Source of the DNA: Methanothrix sp. | GTDB lineage: Archaea > Halobacteriota > Methanosarcinia > Methanotrichales > Methanotrichaceae | Direction of reading: 5' to 3' | DNA: 64,000 nt | Assembly (NCBI GenBank): GCA_963682135.1 | Contig: OY821645.1 | Span: 2,048,001 to 2,112,000 of the forward strand | Part shown: piece after piece, positions 1 to 9,434 of the stretch | Numbering within the stretch: position 1 is the stretch's first letter | How the letters are laid out: every line of letters starts with the position of its first letter | Program-made: the position numbers and the translations under genes | The notes under the pieces: model-generated | Seen by the model: the letters and a program-made list of their open reading frames with translations, nothing else | Told to the model about the DNA's origin: nothing | Database searches by the model: none

Positions 1-382
1 ATGTATTGTTTGCGATGATATTGTCTTGAGAATGCACCTGGACAGCAGCCATGGACCAGTCAGTGGCACCGGTCAGAATCAAGTGTTCCAAACGTGAGCT
101 GTTTGCGAAAATTCGGACGGTATGGCCTCTATCGCCAGCTACCAAGATGGGCCGATCTTTCCCTGAAATGCCCCGTATGATCAGGCTCTTAGTGATATTG
201 ATGCTCTCATTGTAGGTTCCGGGTAATATCTCAATTATGTCTCCTGTTGATGCGTCATCAATTGCCTTTTGGATGCTCTGACCGGGTCCCAGAGAAATTA
301 TCGATGCATGGGCTGTAATTGCCAGCATAAATGCCGCCAAGCAGCAGCAAGATGTGCAAATTAGTGACAATTTTTTCGTCAT
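1..382 (-). CDS. Secreted right-handed parallel beta-helix (NosD/pectin-lyase-like) protein, runs off the window edge
   Basis: Hand translation from ATG at 382: MTKKLSLICTSCCCLAAFMLAITAHASIISLGPGQSIQKAIDDASTGDIIEILPGTYNESINITKSL. Signal peptide followed by the SIQxAID...GD.I...PGTY.E motif that starts these beta-helix proteins. Not in the ORF track because there is no stop inside the window. Confidence 0.8.
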   Translation of the reverse strand, partial: MTKKLSLICTSCCCLAAFMLAITAHASIISLGPGQSIQKAIDDASTGDIIEILPGTYNESINITKSLIIRGISGKDRPILVAGDRGHTVRIFANSSRLEHLILTGATDWSMAAVQVHSQDNIIANNT

Positions 383-423
383 AGCTTCCCGCATCTCCTT
401 TACGACGTTTTCCATGCCCGGAA

Positions 424-1617
424 TTATGGTGGGGATACTGCCAGCGGATCTTTCTGGATGCGACCTAGGTCCGCTTTCAGATTGTCTGATATCTTTGCAC
501 CATCGGTCTTGGCATTAGAGAGCGAATAGAGGGTAAACTGGTCATATTTGATTCGCTCCAGGTTGGCGCCGGTAAGATCCGCGCCTGTCATCTCCACCCG
601 GTCTAATGTGGCATCTCTCAAATCGGCCCCATTCATTTTAGCATTGGCCAGATACACCAGAACCAGACTTGAGCCCCTGAAAGAGGATTCGGTTAGATCT
701 ACGCCCCTCAGGTCCATCTCGGATAACCTGGTACGATCTAGCTTGACTTTGCGGAGGACAGAACCGGTCAGCCTCGTCGAGGTCAAGTCTGCATCGGAAA
801 GATCGGCTCCTGTGAGGTTCGCACGGCTAAGGTCGGCAAAAGGCATCTTAGCAGAATTCAGGTTTGCTTGCATGAGTTTTGCCTCTGTCAAATCGGCATA
901 AGAGAGACTTGTCCATTTTAGGTTGGCCCCTGTTAGGTTTGCACTCATGAGATACGCTCTGGTAAAATCGGCCTCGGAGAGGTCGGCGCCATGCAGGTTG
1001 GTACTGTAGAGTTCCGATCGGGAAAATTGACCTTTCGAGAGATAGCTCCCGCTTAGGTCCGCCCAGCTCACATGGGCCCCAATCATGTTTGCACCGATCA
1101 GATAGATGCCCATAAGATTGGCGCCGGAGAGGTCTGTTCGAAATAACCTGGCGTCGGTTAAATCCGCATCGGCTAAATTCGCATCGGATAGATCAGCTTC
1201 TGTAAGATCTGTCTTCTTCAGGACGGCATTAGTAAGATTGGCATTGGACATTAGAGAATATGCCAAAACAGCCTGAGAGAGGTCCGCTCCGCTCAGGTCC
1301 GCATCTCTGAGAACAGCAGCTGTCAAGTCCGCTCTTATCATCTTTGTTCCTTGAAGATGGGAATTTAGAAGCCACGCCGAGCGCAAATAAGTGCCACTTA
1401 GGTTCGAACCGGATAGATTTGCGCCGGATATGTTCGATTGATTGAGCTGCATGCCGGCGAGATTCATCTGTGTCAGGTCCATATTGGCCAGATCGGCTCG
1501 ATCCGTCATCTTGCTGCTGATATCCTGTGGCTGCGCCGCAGAGATGCAACATGCTACCATCAATGTGCCGAGCATCAATGGGCCAAATACATGCGACATC
1601 AAGAATTCGGTTTTCAT
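424..1617 (-). CDS. Secreted pentapeptide-repeat protein
   Basis: Long run of A(D/N)Lxx pentapeptide repeats after a hydrophobic N-terminal signal. Confidence 0.9.
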   Translation of the reverse strand: MKTEFLMSHVFGPLMLGTLMVACCISAAQPQDISSKMTDRADLANMDLTQMNLAGMQLNQSNISGANLSGSNLSGTYLRSAWLLNSHLQGTKMIRADLTAAVLRDADLSGADLSQAVLAYSLMSNANLTNAVLKKTDLTEADLSDANLADADLTDARLFRTDLSGANLMGIYLIGANMIGAHVSWADLSGSYLSKGQFSRSELYSTNLHGADLSEADFTRAYLMSANLTGANLKWTSLSYADLTEAKLMQANLNSAKMPFADLSRANLTGADLSDADLTSTRLTGSVLRKVKLDRTRLSEMDLRGVDLTESSFRGSSLVLVYLANAKMNGADLRDATLDRVEMTGADLTGANLERIKYDQFTLYSLSNAKTDGAKISDNLKADLGRIQKDPLAVSPP

Positions 1618-1654
1618 ATCTCTCCTATATTAGTATCCCTTTCCTAATGACATT

Positions 1655-2100
1655 TCAAGTTTCTGGTGATACTCGGAAGCTATTAAGCTGCGAATGAAGA
1701 GTCTCGTACATGGATGCTCCATCAAGCCGAGATGCGGCCGGATAAGGCAGAGTGAATTGATCGCATTTGTTCCCAATATCTCTGTGAACTCCAGCAAGAC
1801 CCTCGTCAGATCAGCATAAGCCAAATCAGCTTTATCCATTCTAGTTCCACTTAAGTTCGACCTCATCATGTAGGCCCTGGTGAAATCCGAACCGCTCAGG
1901 TCGGAACCGCTAAGGTCTGCGCGATAGAGCTCTGTTCGGGAGAGCAGGCTGCCGTACATTTTACATTTTTTCATATCTGTCCAGCTTAAACGTGCCGCAA
2001 TCAGATTAGCACCATCCAGCAATGCACCCCTCATGCGGGCATTCATGAGGTTTGCGGAATATAGCAGGGTGCCGGTTAGATTTGCTTCATCCAAACGTAT
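1655..2100 (-). pseudogene. Degenerate pentapeptide-repeat paralog of 424..1617 (5' truncated, internal deletion, frameshift)
   Basis: The segment LSRTELYRADLSGSDLSGSDFTRAYMM matches the neighbour's FSRSELYSTNLHGADLSEADFTRAYLM. A second frame reads KCDQFTLPYPAASRLDGASM, matching the neighbour's C-terminal KYDQFTLYSLSNAKTDGAKI. The 5' end is replaced by an IS relic. Confidence 0.75.
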
Positions 2101-2417
2101 GATGATCATTTGGATGCTTGCAGGTGGCTCTATAATCGGCTTCTCGAAGATCTGAATGATGCTAAAGAGAACGGCCATAATAACGGTATGCATCGCAGCA
2201 TTCATGACGCATCCTGGTCAAAGTTCATATTCATGCTTTCGTACGAGGCTCAAAGCGCTGGTCGAAAGCTGATAAAAGTGGGTCCCAGGAACATACTCCT
2301 CACAGGGATGGAACAGCCCGTAGCGCCCATAGAACTAAAACCGCTACATCACATAACAGTGATGCAAGTATTGGCGATGAAGTGGGAAGCCGCGCCCTTC
2401 AGGACGCGGTAGTTCAC
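2100..2417 (+). mobile_element. tnpB: Internally deleted IS200/IS605-family tnpB relic with intact right end
   Basis: Fused TnpB pieces: N-terminal LDACRWLYNRLLE, central RSIHDASWSKFIFMLSYEAQSAGRKLIKV, C-terminal MKWEAAPFR. It ends in GAAGCCGCGCCCTTCAGGACGCGGTAGTTCAC, a typical IS605 right-end hairpin plus TTCAC. Confidence 0.85.
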
Positions 2418-3088
2418 GCGAGCCTCCATTGAGGATTGATCGCATCTAGGTATTGAAATTCATCGAAGCTGTAGGGTGCGGAGTAGTACTCGGGATCCTT
2501 CATTACTCCGTAGTAGCTATCGACTGCAAGCCAGGCATTTGGATGGTCTTTATCCTCTACAGCTACCCAGATATGGCCCTGGGAGTCAAATCCGCTGGGA
2601 TTATACAGGAATATAACTTTGCATCCAAAATCCCTGTAAGTGCCATCCAGCTTTTGGGAACCGTCATAGCACATTCCCAGAGGCGTCACGGGAAACATGG
2701 TGTATCTACTGATTTTCTTGATAAATTCGGCATTATCAGTCATGCTGTAAGTAGCGTTGATTCTGATGGCGTCGCTTGATATCACCTGGACCGGTCCGGT
2801 CTTGGCGGTGGGGGGAGTCATCCACAGATCTGCAAGTCTTGGCGATGCGCCGTTAGGTGTGAGATAAACCTCTTTGCCGACCTTTAGCTTGACGGTGACA
2901 TAGGATTGATCCGGTGCAGGTTGTGCGTCATAACCATGTGTTGCAAGAAAGAATGCTAAATCTTTCATTGTGATGCCGATATCCTCATAGCTGGATAGGA
3001 GCAGCCACAGATCATTCTCCTCAGATGCCTGGCAGGCTGGGGCGAATAGAATCAGGAGCATTAATATCAGAAGGACTTTTCCTCTCAA
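2414..3088 (-). CDS. Secreted protein with a transglutaminase/papain-like Cys-His-Asp signature
   Basis: Signal peptide; motifs GMCYD, GHIWV and WLAVD in triad order. Confidence 0.6.
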   Translation of the reverse strand: MRGKVLLILMLLILFAPACQASEENDLWLLLSSYEDIGITMKDLAFFLATHGYDAQPAPDQSYVTVKLKVGKEVYLTPNGASPRLADLWMTPPTAKTGPVQVISSDAIRINATYSMTDNAEFIKKISRYTMFPVTPLGMCYDGSQKLDGTYRDFGCKVIFLYNPSGFDSQGHIWVAVEDKDHPNAWLAVDSYYGVMKDPEYYSAPYSFDEFQYLDAINPQWRLA

Positions 3089-3341
3089 CTCTACCTCGAA
3101 TTGCCTATATCCTGGCGACGCAGTTTTGTTTTCAGCATTTATGTAAAGGGCCGCGTCTATAAAGATTTATTGTTTTTTCTTTAAGTAAGATCTAATGTAG
3201 GATTGCCGTTTATCGGGACAACAAGCCGTATGTCATTTATTTCTGCAAAGAAACGCCCGTTATAAATTCTCAGGCTGATCAATATTAATAGCCAATGCTA
3301 TTCGAGACTGAATGAAAAATAAAAAATGCCTAGCGGCGCCC

Positions 3342-3443
3342 TTAGACGTTGAACAAGCTAGTCAAGAAGGCGAGAGGCACTAAGAATAGTATTACGAACC
3401 CGATAACCATCAAACCGATTGCCAGCCCATTTCCACCTGCCAT
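3342..3443 (-). CDS. 33-aa single-pass membrane microprotein
   Basis: MAGGNGLAIGLMVIGFVILFLVPLAFLTSLFNV*. GGAGG RBS just upstream of the ATG and a T-rich terminator-like run downstream. Below the ORF-track cutoff. Confidence 0.65.
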   Translation of the reverse strand: MAGGNGLAIGLMVIGFVILFLVPLAFLTSLFNV

Positions 3444-3561
3444 GAAGATCCTCCTACTGCATATTCTTTGCTTTCCCCTTGGAAGAGGTAATATTAATTA
3501 CTGTCGGACCCGAGGGGAAAGGCCAATACATTTAACTATCAATACCGGCAAGATTTATATC

Positions 3562-4662
3562 GTGCGATCTATCCAAAAGAGCCAAAGCAAGGCACAGGGG
3601 GCGAAACTGGAGAAGCGAAAAGCAATCGGTGCAAGATTTGTGCTCTTGCGACCGGCGGGCTACCCACTGAAGAGCATATTTCAGGAGCATCCTGTCGTCT
3701 CTGACCCCAAGCTATTCGAGCTTTATGCTCAAGAACAGTGGTATGGAGAGAAACTGCTCTCGGGGAGCTATCTATTCGATAGCAGGCTTTATCCGGACTT
3801 TGCCTTCCAGGTGGTTAAAGTCTACCCCAAATATTCGGTGATGGGCTCACAGACTACCATTAAGGTGGAGGCCAAGGCGGAGCCCAAGAATACTGTAGTG
3901 TACGATGTAAGCTTTGATGATGTTATCGGCCAGGAGACGGCTAAGCGCAAGGTCAAGATTGTAGAGAAATTCCTGGCAGATCCTGAGAAATTTGGGCGGT
4001 GGGCACCGCGCAACATTCTGTTTTACGGAGTCTCAGGTACCGGAAAGACCATGATCGCAAAAGCGCTCTCCGCCAAGACGGGGGTGCCGATGCTGGCGGT
4101 CAAGTCCACCAGCCTGATCGGTGAATTTGTGGGTGAAGGGGCCAGGCAGATTCACAGTCTCTATGAAAAAGCCGCGGAAAGCGCGCCGTGTATCATATTC
4201 ATCGATGAGCTGGATGCTATTGCCCTCGACCGAAGATATCAGGATTTGAGAGGCGATGTCTCGGAGATCGTCAACTCTCTCCTGACAGAGATGGACGGCA
4301 TCTCCAATCGAAAGGGAATTTGCACCATCGCGGCCACCAACCAGATCGAGGTTCTGGATGCATCGGTGCGGTCGCGTTTCGAGGAGGAGATTGAGTTTCG
4401 GCTTCCTAACCGGGAGGAGCGCCTGCTTCTCTTGGAGAAGAATGCCGCCACTATGCCGCTGGCGATGGAAAACGTGTCTCTGAGCGAGATTGCTCGCCAG
4501 ACCGAGGGCTTCTCAGGACGCGATCTGGTGGAGAAGGTGCTCAAGGCTGCGCTGCACCATGCCATCATGGATGAGTGCAATATCACACAACGGCATCTGG
4601 AAGAGACCATTCCCAAGGCCAGAAAGGAGTATCGCCAGCCTCCCAGAGAGATGTTCTCCTAA
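3562..4662 (+). CDS. AAA-family ATPase (archaeal, single AAA domain)
   Basis: Walker A GVSGTGKT, Walker B IIFIDE, second region of homology AATN...RSRF. Start placed at GTG 3562 after a TATA-like TTTAA; the ORF-track start overlaps the microprotein. Confidence 0.9.
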   Translation: MRSIQKSQSKAQGAKLEKRKAIGARFVLLRPAGYPLKSIFQEHPVVSDPKLFELYAQEQWYGEKLLSGSYLFDSRLYPDFAFQVVKVYPKYSVMGSQTTIKVEAKAEPKNTVVYDVSFDDVIGQETAKRKVKIVEKFLADPEKFGRWAPRNILFYGVSGTGKTMIAKALSAKTGVPMLAVKSTSLIGEFVGEGARQIHSLYEKAAESAPCIIFIDELDAIALDRRYQDLRGDVSEIVNSLLTEMDGISNRKGICTIAATNQIEVLDASVRSRFEEEIEFRLPNREERLLLLEKNAATMPLAMENVSLSEIARQTEGFSGRDLVEKVLKAALHHAIMDECNITQRHLEETIPKARKEYRQPPREMFS

Positions 4663-4682
4663 ATTAGAGAAAAGGACTTACC

Positions 4683-5186
4683 ATGTGGCAGGAGATTTTA
4701 GATAAGTTTCGGAGATTCCCGGCTCAGGAGAAGGTCATTCGTCTCATTTTGCAGAGGGGCTTTCAGATCAACGATGCCTCTCGCGTTGTCTCGGGCGGGA
4801 TAGAGATTCCTCACGCCCAGATCGCCAAGGAGCTGGATGTGGACCGGCGCGTGGTGGACACCACGGCGCAGGCCATTCGCGATGATGAAAAATTATGGAA
4901 GGTCTTCAAGAATGTGCGCTCCATGACCTTCCTGGGTGACGTGGCCCCCATTTTGGGCCTGGGTGTGATAGAGATTACTCCCATCAATGCTGCCAAGACC
5001 GGCCTCTTGGGTAATGTGGCCAGCGCCGTGGCCAATAGCGGCCTATCCATCCGCCAGGCCGTATCCGACGATCCATATTTTGTGGAAAGCCCCAAGCTGA
5101 CCCTCATCACGGAAGGCAAAATTCCCGGCGACCTGGTGCGCCTGCTCACGGAGATTGAGGGTGTGAAGAAGGTAACGGTGTATTAG
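4683..5186 (+). CDS. ACT-domain regulator of amino-acid metabolism
   Basis: N-terminal HTH-like IAKELDVDRRVV and C-terminal ACT-like GLLGNVASAVANSGLSIRQ. Confidence 0.85.
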   Translation: MWQEILDKFRRFPAQEKVIRLILQRGFQINDASRVVSGGIEIPHAQIAKELDVDRRVVDTTAQAIRDDEKLWKVFKNVRSMTFLGDVAPILGLGVIEITPINAAKTGLLGNVASAVANSGLSIRQAVSDDPYFVESPKLTLITEGKIPGDLVRLLTEIEGVKKVTVY

Positions 5187-5240
5187 CGAGGCCTGGGGCA
5201 AATTCGACACGAATCTTCAAGTGTATTCTCTAAATCTGAA

Positions 5241-6170
5241 TCATATGCAATTGTCTCGATTGCCTAATCCTGACCTTAAGATCCCGAGCAGCTCGCAGGC
5301 TTTGCACAGTTCCTTGACGCAGGGCTCGTCGCACTGCCGACATGCTGCCAGGTCTATCTGGGCATAGCTGCCCTGCGCCTTCGCCGCGATCTTTTCAAAT
5401 CCCTGCACAGTGGACTGCTTGGTGCCGGGAAACCGGCTCTCCAGGCTATTGAGCATGTCTCTTACATCTGCACGTAGAGAAAGCTGAGCATAGGGGCACT
5501 CCCGTGACTCTGTGAAGACTTCGTTTACCATGCAGTAAAGGGCGATCTCCTTTTCCGGCATCTCTCGCAGCGGCTTGATGCGAGGCACCAGCCCCTTCCG
5601 GGCTCGCCAGGGCCGAAAACGCATCAGCCTCTCAATGTCGCCTTTGAGATAATTCATCACAATGGTCTGTGCTTCATCGTCAAGGTTATGGCCGGTGGCG
5701 ACTTTATCAGCCCCCAGGCGTTTGGCAGCCCGGTTGAGGGCGTTCTTGCGAAAGACACCGCAATAGGTGCAGGGCGCAACCTTCTTGCCCGGCACCATCT
5801 CATCCAGCTCGTAGCCATACTCTTCCCGGAAGGAGACGATATGCTGCTCAATTCCGAGCTTCTGTGCAATAGCTTTCGCCGCCTCGATGGTGTCATCCCG
5901 ATAGCCGGCGATGCCCTCGTCCACGGTGACGGCTACCAGCTCCACATCCCTTTTTGCCAAAATCCGCCGCAGGCAAAAGAGCAGAGCGGTGCTGTCTTTC
6001 CCCCCGCTCACGGCCACAGCGATGCGCTCGCCGTCCCTGACCATGTTATTTTTCTGCAAAGTCTCTGCCACTCTTCTCTCAAAATCCTGGACGAAGTGGT
6101 CCCGGCAGAGGTGTTGGCCGGAGTAACGCTGGGAGACAATGGCCCTCTCACTGCATTTGGTGCAGATCAT
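5241..6170 (-). CDS. ttuA: TtuA/Ncs6-type tRNA 2-thiolation protein (TIGR00269 family)
   Basis: N-terminal CxxC...CxxH zinc finger, PP-loop SGGKDS, PCTYCG, TGHNLDD, ECPY and a C-terminal CxxC...CxxC. Confidence 0.88.
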   Translation of the reverse strand: MICTKCSERAIVSQRYSGQHLCRDHFVQDFERRVAETLQKNNMVRDGERIAVAVSGGKDSTALLFCLRRILAKRDVELVAVTVDEGIAGYRDDTIEAAKAIAQKLGIEQHIVSFREEYGYELDEMVPGKKVAPCTYCGVFRKNALNRAAKRLGADKVATGHNLDDEAQTIVMNYLKGDIERLMRFRPWRARKGLVPRIKPLREMPEKEIALYCMVNEVFTESRECPYAQLSLRADVRDMLNSLESRFPGTKQSTVQGFEKIAAKAQGSYAQIDLAACRQCDEPCVKELCKACELLGILRSGLGNRDNCI

Positions 6171-6266
6171 GCCGACGCCCGCAACCATTTGGCTTGCATG
6201 GTCGTTCTTTGTGTCTTTGTGCCTTTGTGGTGAGGCGCATCGCAAATATTCCCACGAAAGGCGCCT

Positions 6267-7025
6267 TCAGTCAATGGCAAATCTCTCCCGGCAGGTATAA
6301 ACGGAGAGCCTCTTTCCCCGCAGAAAACCGATGATGCATAGATTCGTCCTCTCGGCGATGGAGATGGCCAGGCTGGTAGTGGCTCCCCGCGAGACAATGA
6401 TGGGAATGCCGGCCACTGAGCACTTGAGTGCCATGTCGGAAGATACCCGGCCTGTGCAGGCCACAAAGGTTTGGCCGAAATCGAAATATTGCCTCTGGAG
6501 TAGCGCATAGCCGATGGCTTTGTCCAGGGCATTGTGCCTGCCTATGTCCTCGATGATGCAGATTGGCCCGTCTTCTGCAAAGAGGCCAACGGAATGCACC
6601 CCCCCCGTGGCTATGTGCGTCTCGGAGAGCGAGATGGCCCCCATGGCCTCCTGGGCCTGCATTCTGTCTATTCTCAGATTCGAGTTGATCTCAGGAAGCT
6701 TGGACTCATCCAGAAAGGAAGCAATTCCGCCGCAACCGCTCACGATGGGCCGACGGGGGACGATCGCCCGCATGGGATGGGCAACAATGGCGCGAGCCAC
6801 ATTGCCCTCGATCTCCAGAGACTCGATCTCTTGCGGTCCGCAAATAATTCTCTCGGCAAAAAGGTGGCCGTAAACAAACTCCTTTCTCATATGGGGGCTG
6901 GTCATGGCGGTTACGAAATGCCGGCCGTTGATGAAGATGGAGAGCGGCACCTCTTCCACCACCTGGCAGATCGCTTCCCCGGCATTGCCGCCATCCAGCC
7001 TTAGACACTTGTACTCTTTGATCAT
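6267..7025 (-). CDS. fdhD: Formate dehydrogenase accessory sulfurtransferase FdhD
   Basis: EEVPLSI, SGCG, TGGVH, EDIGRHNALDKAIG and TGRVSSDM motifs. Confidence 0.93.
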   Translation of the reverse strand: MIKEYKCLRLDGGNAGEAICQVVEEVPLSIFINGRHFVTAMTSPHMRKEFVYGHLFAERIICGPQEIESLEIEGNVARAIVAHPMRAIVPRRPIVSGCGGIASFLDESKLPEINSNLRIDRMQAQEAMGAISLSETHIATGGVHSVGLFAEDGPICIIEDIGRHNALDKAIGYALLQRQYFDFGQTFVACTGRVSSDMALKCSVAGIPIIVSRGATTSLAISIAERTNLCIIGFLRGKRLSVYTCRERFAID

Positions 7026-7043
7026 TCCTCGCTGTTCCCCCGG

Positions 7044-8243
7044 CTATGCCATCCTGGCTATCTGTTCCAGCGTTGCCAGCAGCTTTTCAATCTCTTCTTC
7101 GGTGTTATAAAGGTAAAGCGAGGCGCGCACGGTGCCGTATTTTAGCCCAAGATGCTTCATTAAGGGAATACAGCAGTGATGGCCGGAACGAACGCATATA
7201 TTCGAGGCCTGATCAAGCATGAGGGCCACCTCGTGAGGCAAGAGGCCTTCCACTGCAAAGGATACCACGCCGCCTCGCGCCTGCCGACCTGAGCCGGTGC
7301 CCGGGCCATAGACCTTTACTCCTTCTATCTCCTGCAAGCCTTCCAGCAGTTTTTTGGTAAGCGATTGCTCATGATGGTGGATATTCTCAACGCCCACCCG
7401 GGTGAGGTAGTCCACGGCAGCGCCTAGGCCAATGCCTGCCGAGATGTCGGGCGTGCCGGCTTCAAAGCCCTCATAGCCCTTCTTGATATCATACCCGTCT
7501 TCGCCTACATCCTGTACCATGCCTCCGCCCACCAGGAGCGGCTCGATCTCCCCTTCCTTCCTGATCCAGAGAACGCCGCTGCCCAAGGGCGCGAGCATCT
7601 TGTGCCCGGAAAAGCAGAGGAAATCGCAATCGATATCATCAACGTCAATGGGCATGTGAGGCACGGACTGGGCGCCGTCCACCAGCAATGCTGCGCCCCG
7701 CTCCCGGCAGATCTTGCTGATCTCCTTTACAGGAAGGACCGTTCCCAGGGCATTGGAGAGCTGGCTTACAGCCACCAGCCGGGTGCCTTTGGTTATCGCT
7801 TTTTCATATTCTGCCGGATCGATCATTCCCGTTTGGTCCGGCTTTATGATCTTTAGCTCTACGCCTTTCTCTCTCAGTCTCATCCAGGGTAAAAGATTGG
7901 AGTGATGCTCCTGAAGGGTAGTGACGATGCGCTCCCCCTTCTTCCACCGAAGGCCGCGAGCGACGATATTGATGGACTCGGTGGTGTTCCTGGTGAAGAT
8001 CGTCATGCCTTCCTTTCCGGACGCGCCTATGAACTCAGCCGTTTTTCGATGAGCGTCCCGAAAGCGCTGGTCGGCGAGCTGCGCCATGCGGTAAACGCCC
8101 CGGCCCACATTGGCCTTGTAGCTATGGTAATAATCCAGGACCGCCTCTAAAACCGGTTGGGGAGTTAGGCTGGTGGAGGCGCTGTCCAGATAGATGACAT
8201 CCTTGAGCAAGGGAAAATCCGCTCTTATCTCCTGAATGTCCAT
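7044..8243 (-). CDS. sufS: Cysteine desulfurase (class II, SufS-like)
   Basis: IYLDSAST, EHHSN, DGAQS, PLP lysine in SGHKM, GTP, catalytic RSGHHC. Confidence 0.92.
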   Translation of the reverse strand: MDIQEIRADFPLLKDVIYLDSASTSLTPQPVLEAVLDYYHSYKANVGRGVYRMAQLADQRFRDAHRKTAEFIGASGKEGMTIFTRNTTESINIVARGLRWKKGERIVTTLQEHHSNLLPWMRLREKGVELKIIKPDQTGMIDPAEYEKAITKGTRLVAVSQLSNALGTVLPVKEISKICRERGAALLVDGAQSVPHMPIDVDDIDCDFLCFSGHKMLAPLGSGVLWIRKEGEIEPLLVGGGMVQDVGEDGYDIKKGYEGFEAGTPDISAGIGLGAAVDYLTRVGVENIHHHEQSLTKKLLEGLQEIEGVKVYGPGTGSGRQARGGVVSFAVEGLLPHEVALMLDQASNICVRSGHHCCIPLMKHLGLKYGTVRASLYLYNTEEEIEKLLATLEQIARMA

Positions 8244-8253
8244 AGAACCTCTT

Positions 8254-9066
8254 TCATAAGACCTCTTTGATGAGACCCTCGTCCATGCTCCCGCTGCGAA
8301 AGCCCTGCAGATCCAGGGCGACATAGTCAAACCCAATGGCTTTGAGCGTCCTGGCGATCTCATCGCGACAATTCAGGCCCCTGGCCATATCCTGTTTTAA
8401 CAGCTCAATTCGGGCCAGGCGTCTGTGGAATCTCACCCGAAGCTGCAAAAAGCCCAGGCTCTTCAGGTATTCTTCCGCCTCTTCCACCATTCTCAAGCTC
8501 TCCGACGTGATCGGCTGGCCATAAGGTATTCGGGAGGCGAGGCAGGCCGCTGAAGGTTTGTTCCAGAGGGCCAGGCCCAGGTTACGAGCCAGGGCGCGAA
8601 TATCCTCTTTGGTTATAGCCGCATCCACAAAAGGGTGCCAGATTCCTTCTTCATCACAGGCGGCAATTCCGGGCCGATAGTCCCGGAAATCGGAGAGGTT
8701 GACACCATCAGCGATGCAGCCTATGCCTTCCTCTCTGGCGATGCTCTTTAAAACCGCGGCAGACCTTTTCTTGCAGATGTAGCAGCGCGTGACCGGATTA
8801 GTGCAAAATTGCTCATCTTTCAGGATGGGAAATTCTGCTACTCGGTAATTGAGCCCCAGGGATCTTGCTTGCTCCTTTGCACTCAATAGCTCGCTTCTGG
8901 GCATGACAATGCTGTCCAGGATCACGGCCAGAGCATTGCCGCCCAGAGCATCATGTGCCACCCTGGCCAAAAGGCTGCTGTCCACGCCGCCGGAGTAGGC
9001 CACCAGGAGATTTCCTTTCTCTGCAATCCTCTTTTTCAGGTCTTCCAGCTTATCGGCCTGATTCAT
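8254..9066 (-). CDS. larE: ATP-dependent sulfur transferase LarE (TIGR00268 family)
   Basis: PP-loop SGGVDS, RCYICK, DYRPG, ACLASRIPYG, RSGSM. Confidence 0.9.
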   Translation of the reverse strand: MNQADKLEDLKKRIAEKGNLLVAYSGGVDSSLLARVAHDALGGNALAVILDSIVMPRSELLSAKEQARSLGLNYRVAEFPILKDEQFCTNPVTRCYICKKRSAAVLKSIAREEGIGCIADGVNLSDFRDYRPGIAACDEEGIWHPFVDAAITKEDIRALARNLGLALWNKPSAACLASRIPYGQPITSESLRMVEEAEEYLKSLGFLQLRVRFHRRLARIELLKQDMARGLNCRDEIARTLKAIGFDYVALDLQGFRSGSMDEGLIKEVL

Positions 9067-9067
9067 T

Positions 9068-9400
9068 TCACAGTCCCTTGCATTTGGTGGAGATGCACGC
9101 TGCATCATCATCTTGCAGCATTCGGCAGATCTGGCAGATCCTGGGCACGAGTTCATTGCCTTTTACCCTTTCCTCGATCAGGTCGTCGGCAAGCGCTCCT
9201 ATGGACTGGCGGATGTCTTCTCTAAATTCGATATTGTAGCCTCTTTTCTTGGAGACGTACTGGGACACAGCCGGAGGCGTAATGCCCAGCATCCTGGAGA
9301 CCTCTTTTTGGGATATTCCTCTCTTAATCAGCTCTTCGGCGATTGCCGCCCTGATGCTGGGCAGGATATCCCATACGATCTGTTCACATGGCGATTTCAT
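9068..9400 (-). CDS. Archaeal HTH transcriptional regulator with Cys-rich termini
   Basis: PCE...LPSIRAAIAEEL, HTH SQKEVSRMLGITPPAVSQY, KRG, C-terminal CQIC...C...C. Confidence 0.88.
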   Translation of the reverse strand: MKSPCEQIVWDILPSIRAAIAEELIKRGISQKEVSRMLGITPPAVSQYVSKKRGYNIEFREDIRQSIGALADDLIEERVKGNELVPRICQICRMLQDDDAACISTKCKGL

Positions 9401-9434
9401 TTGCGTTGGACCCTCAAATTAGCGAATCATTCGA

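Noticed and set aside
3349-3561. N-terminal extension of the AAA ATPase in the ORF track
   Set aside because: It overlaps a better-supported minus-strand microprotein and promoter-like AT tracts.
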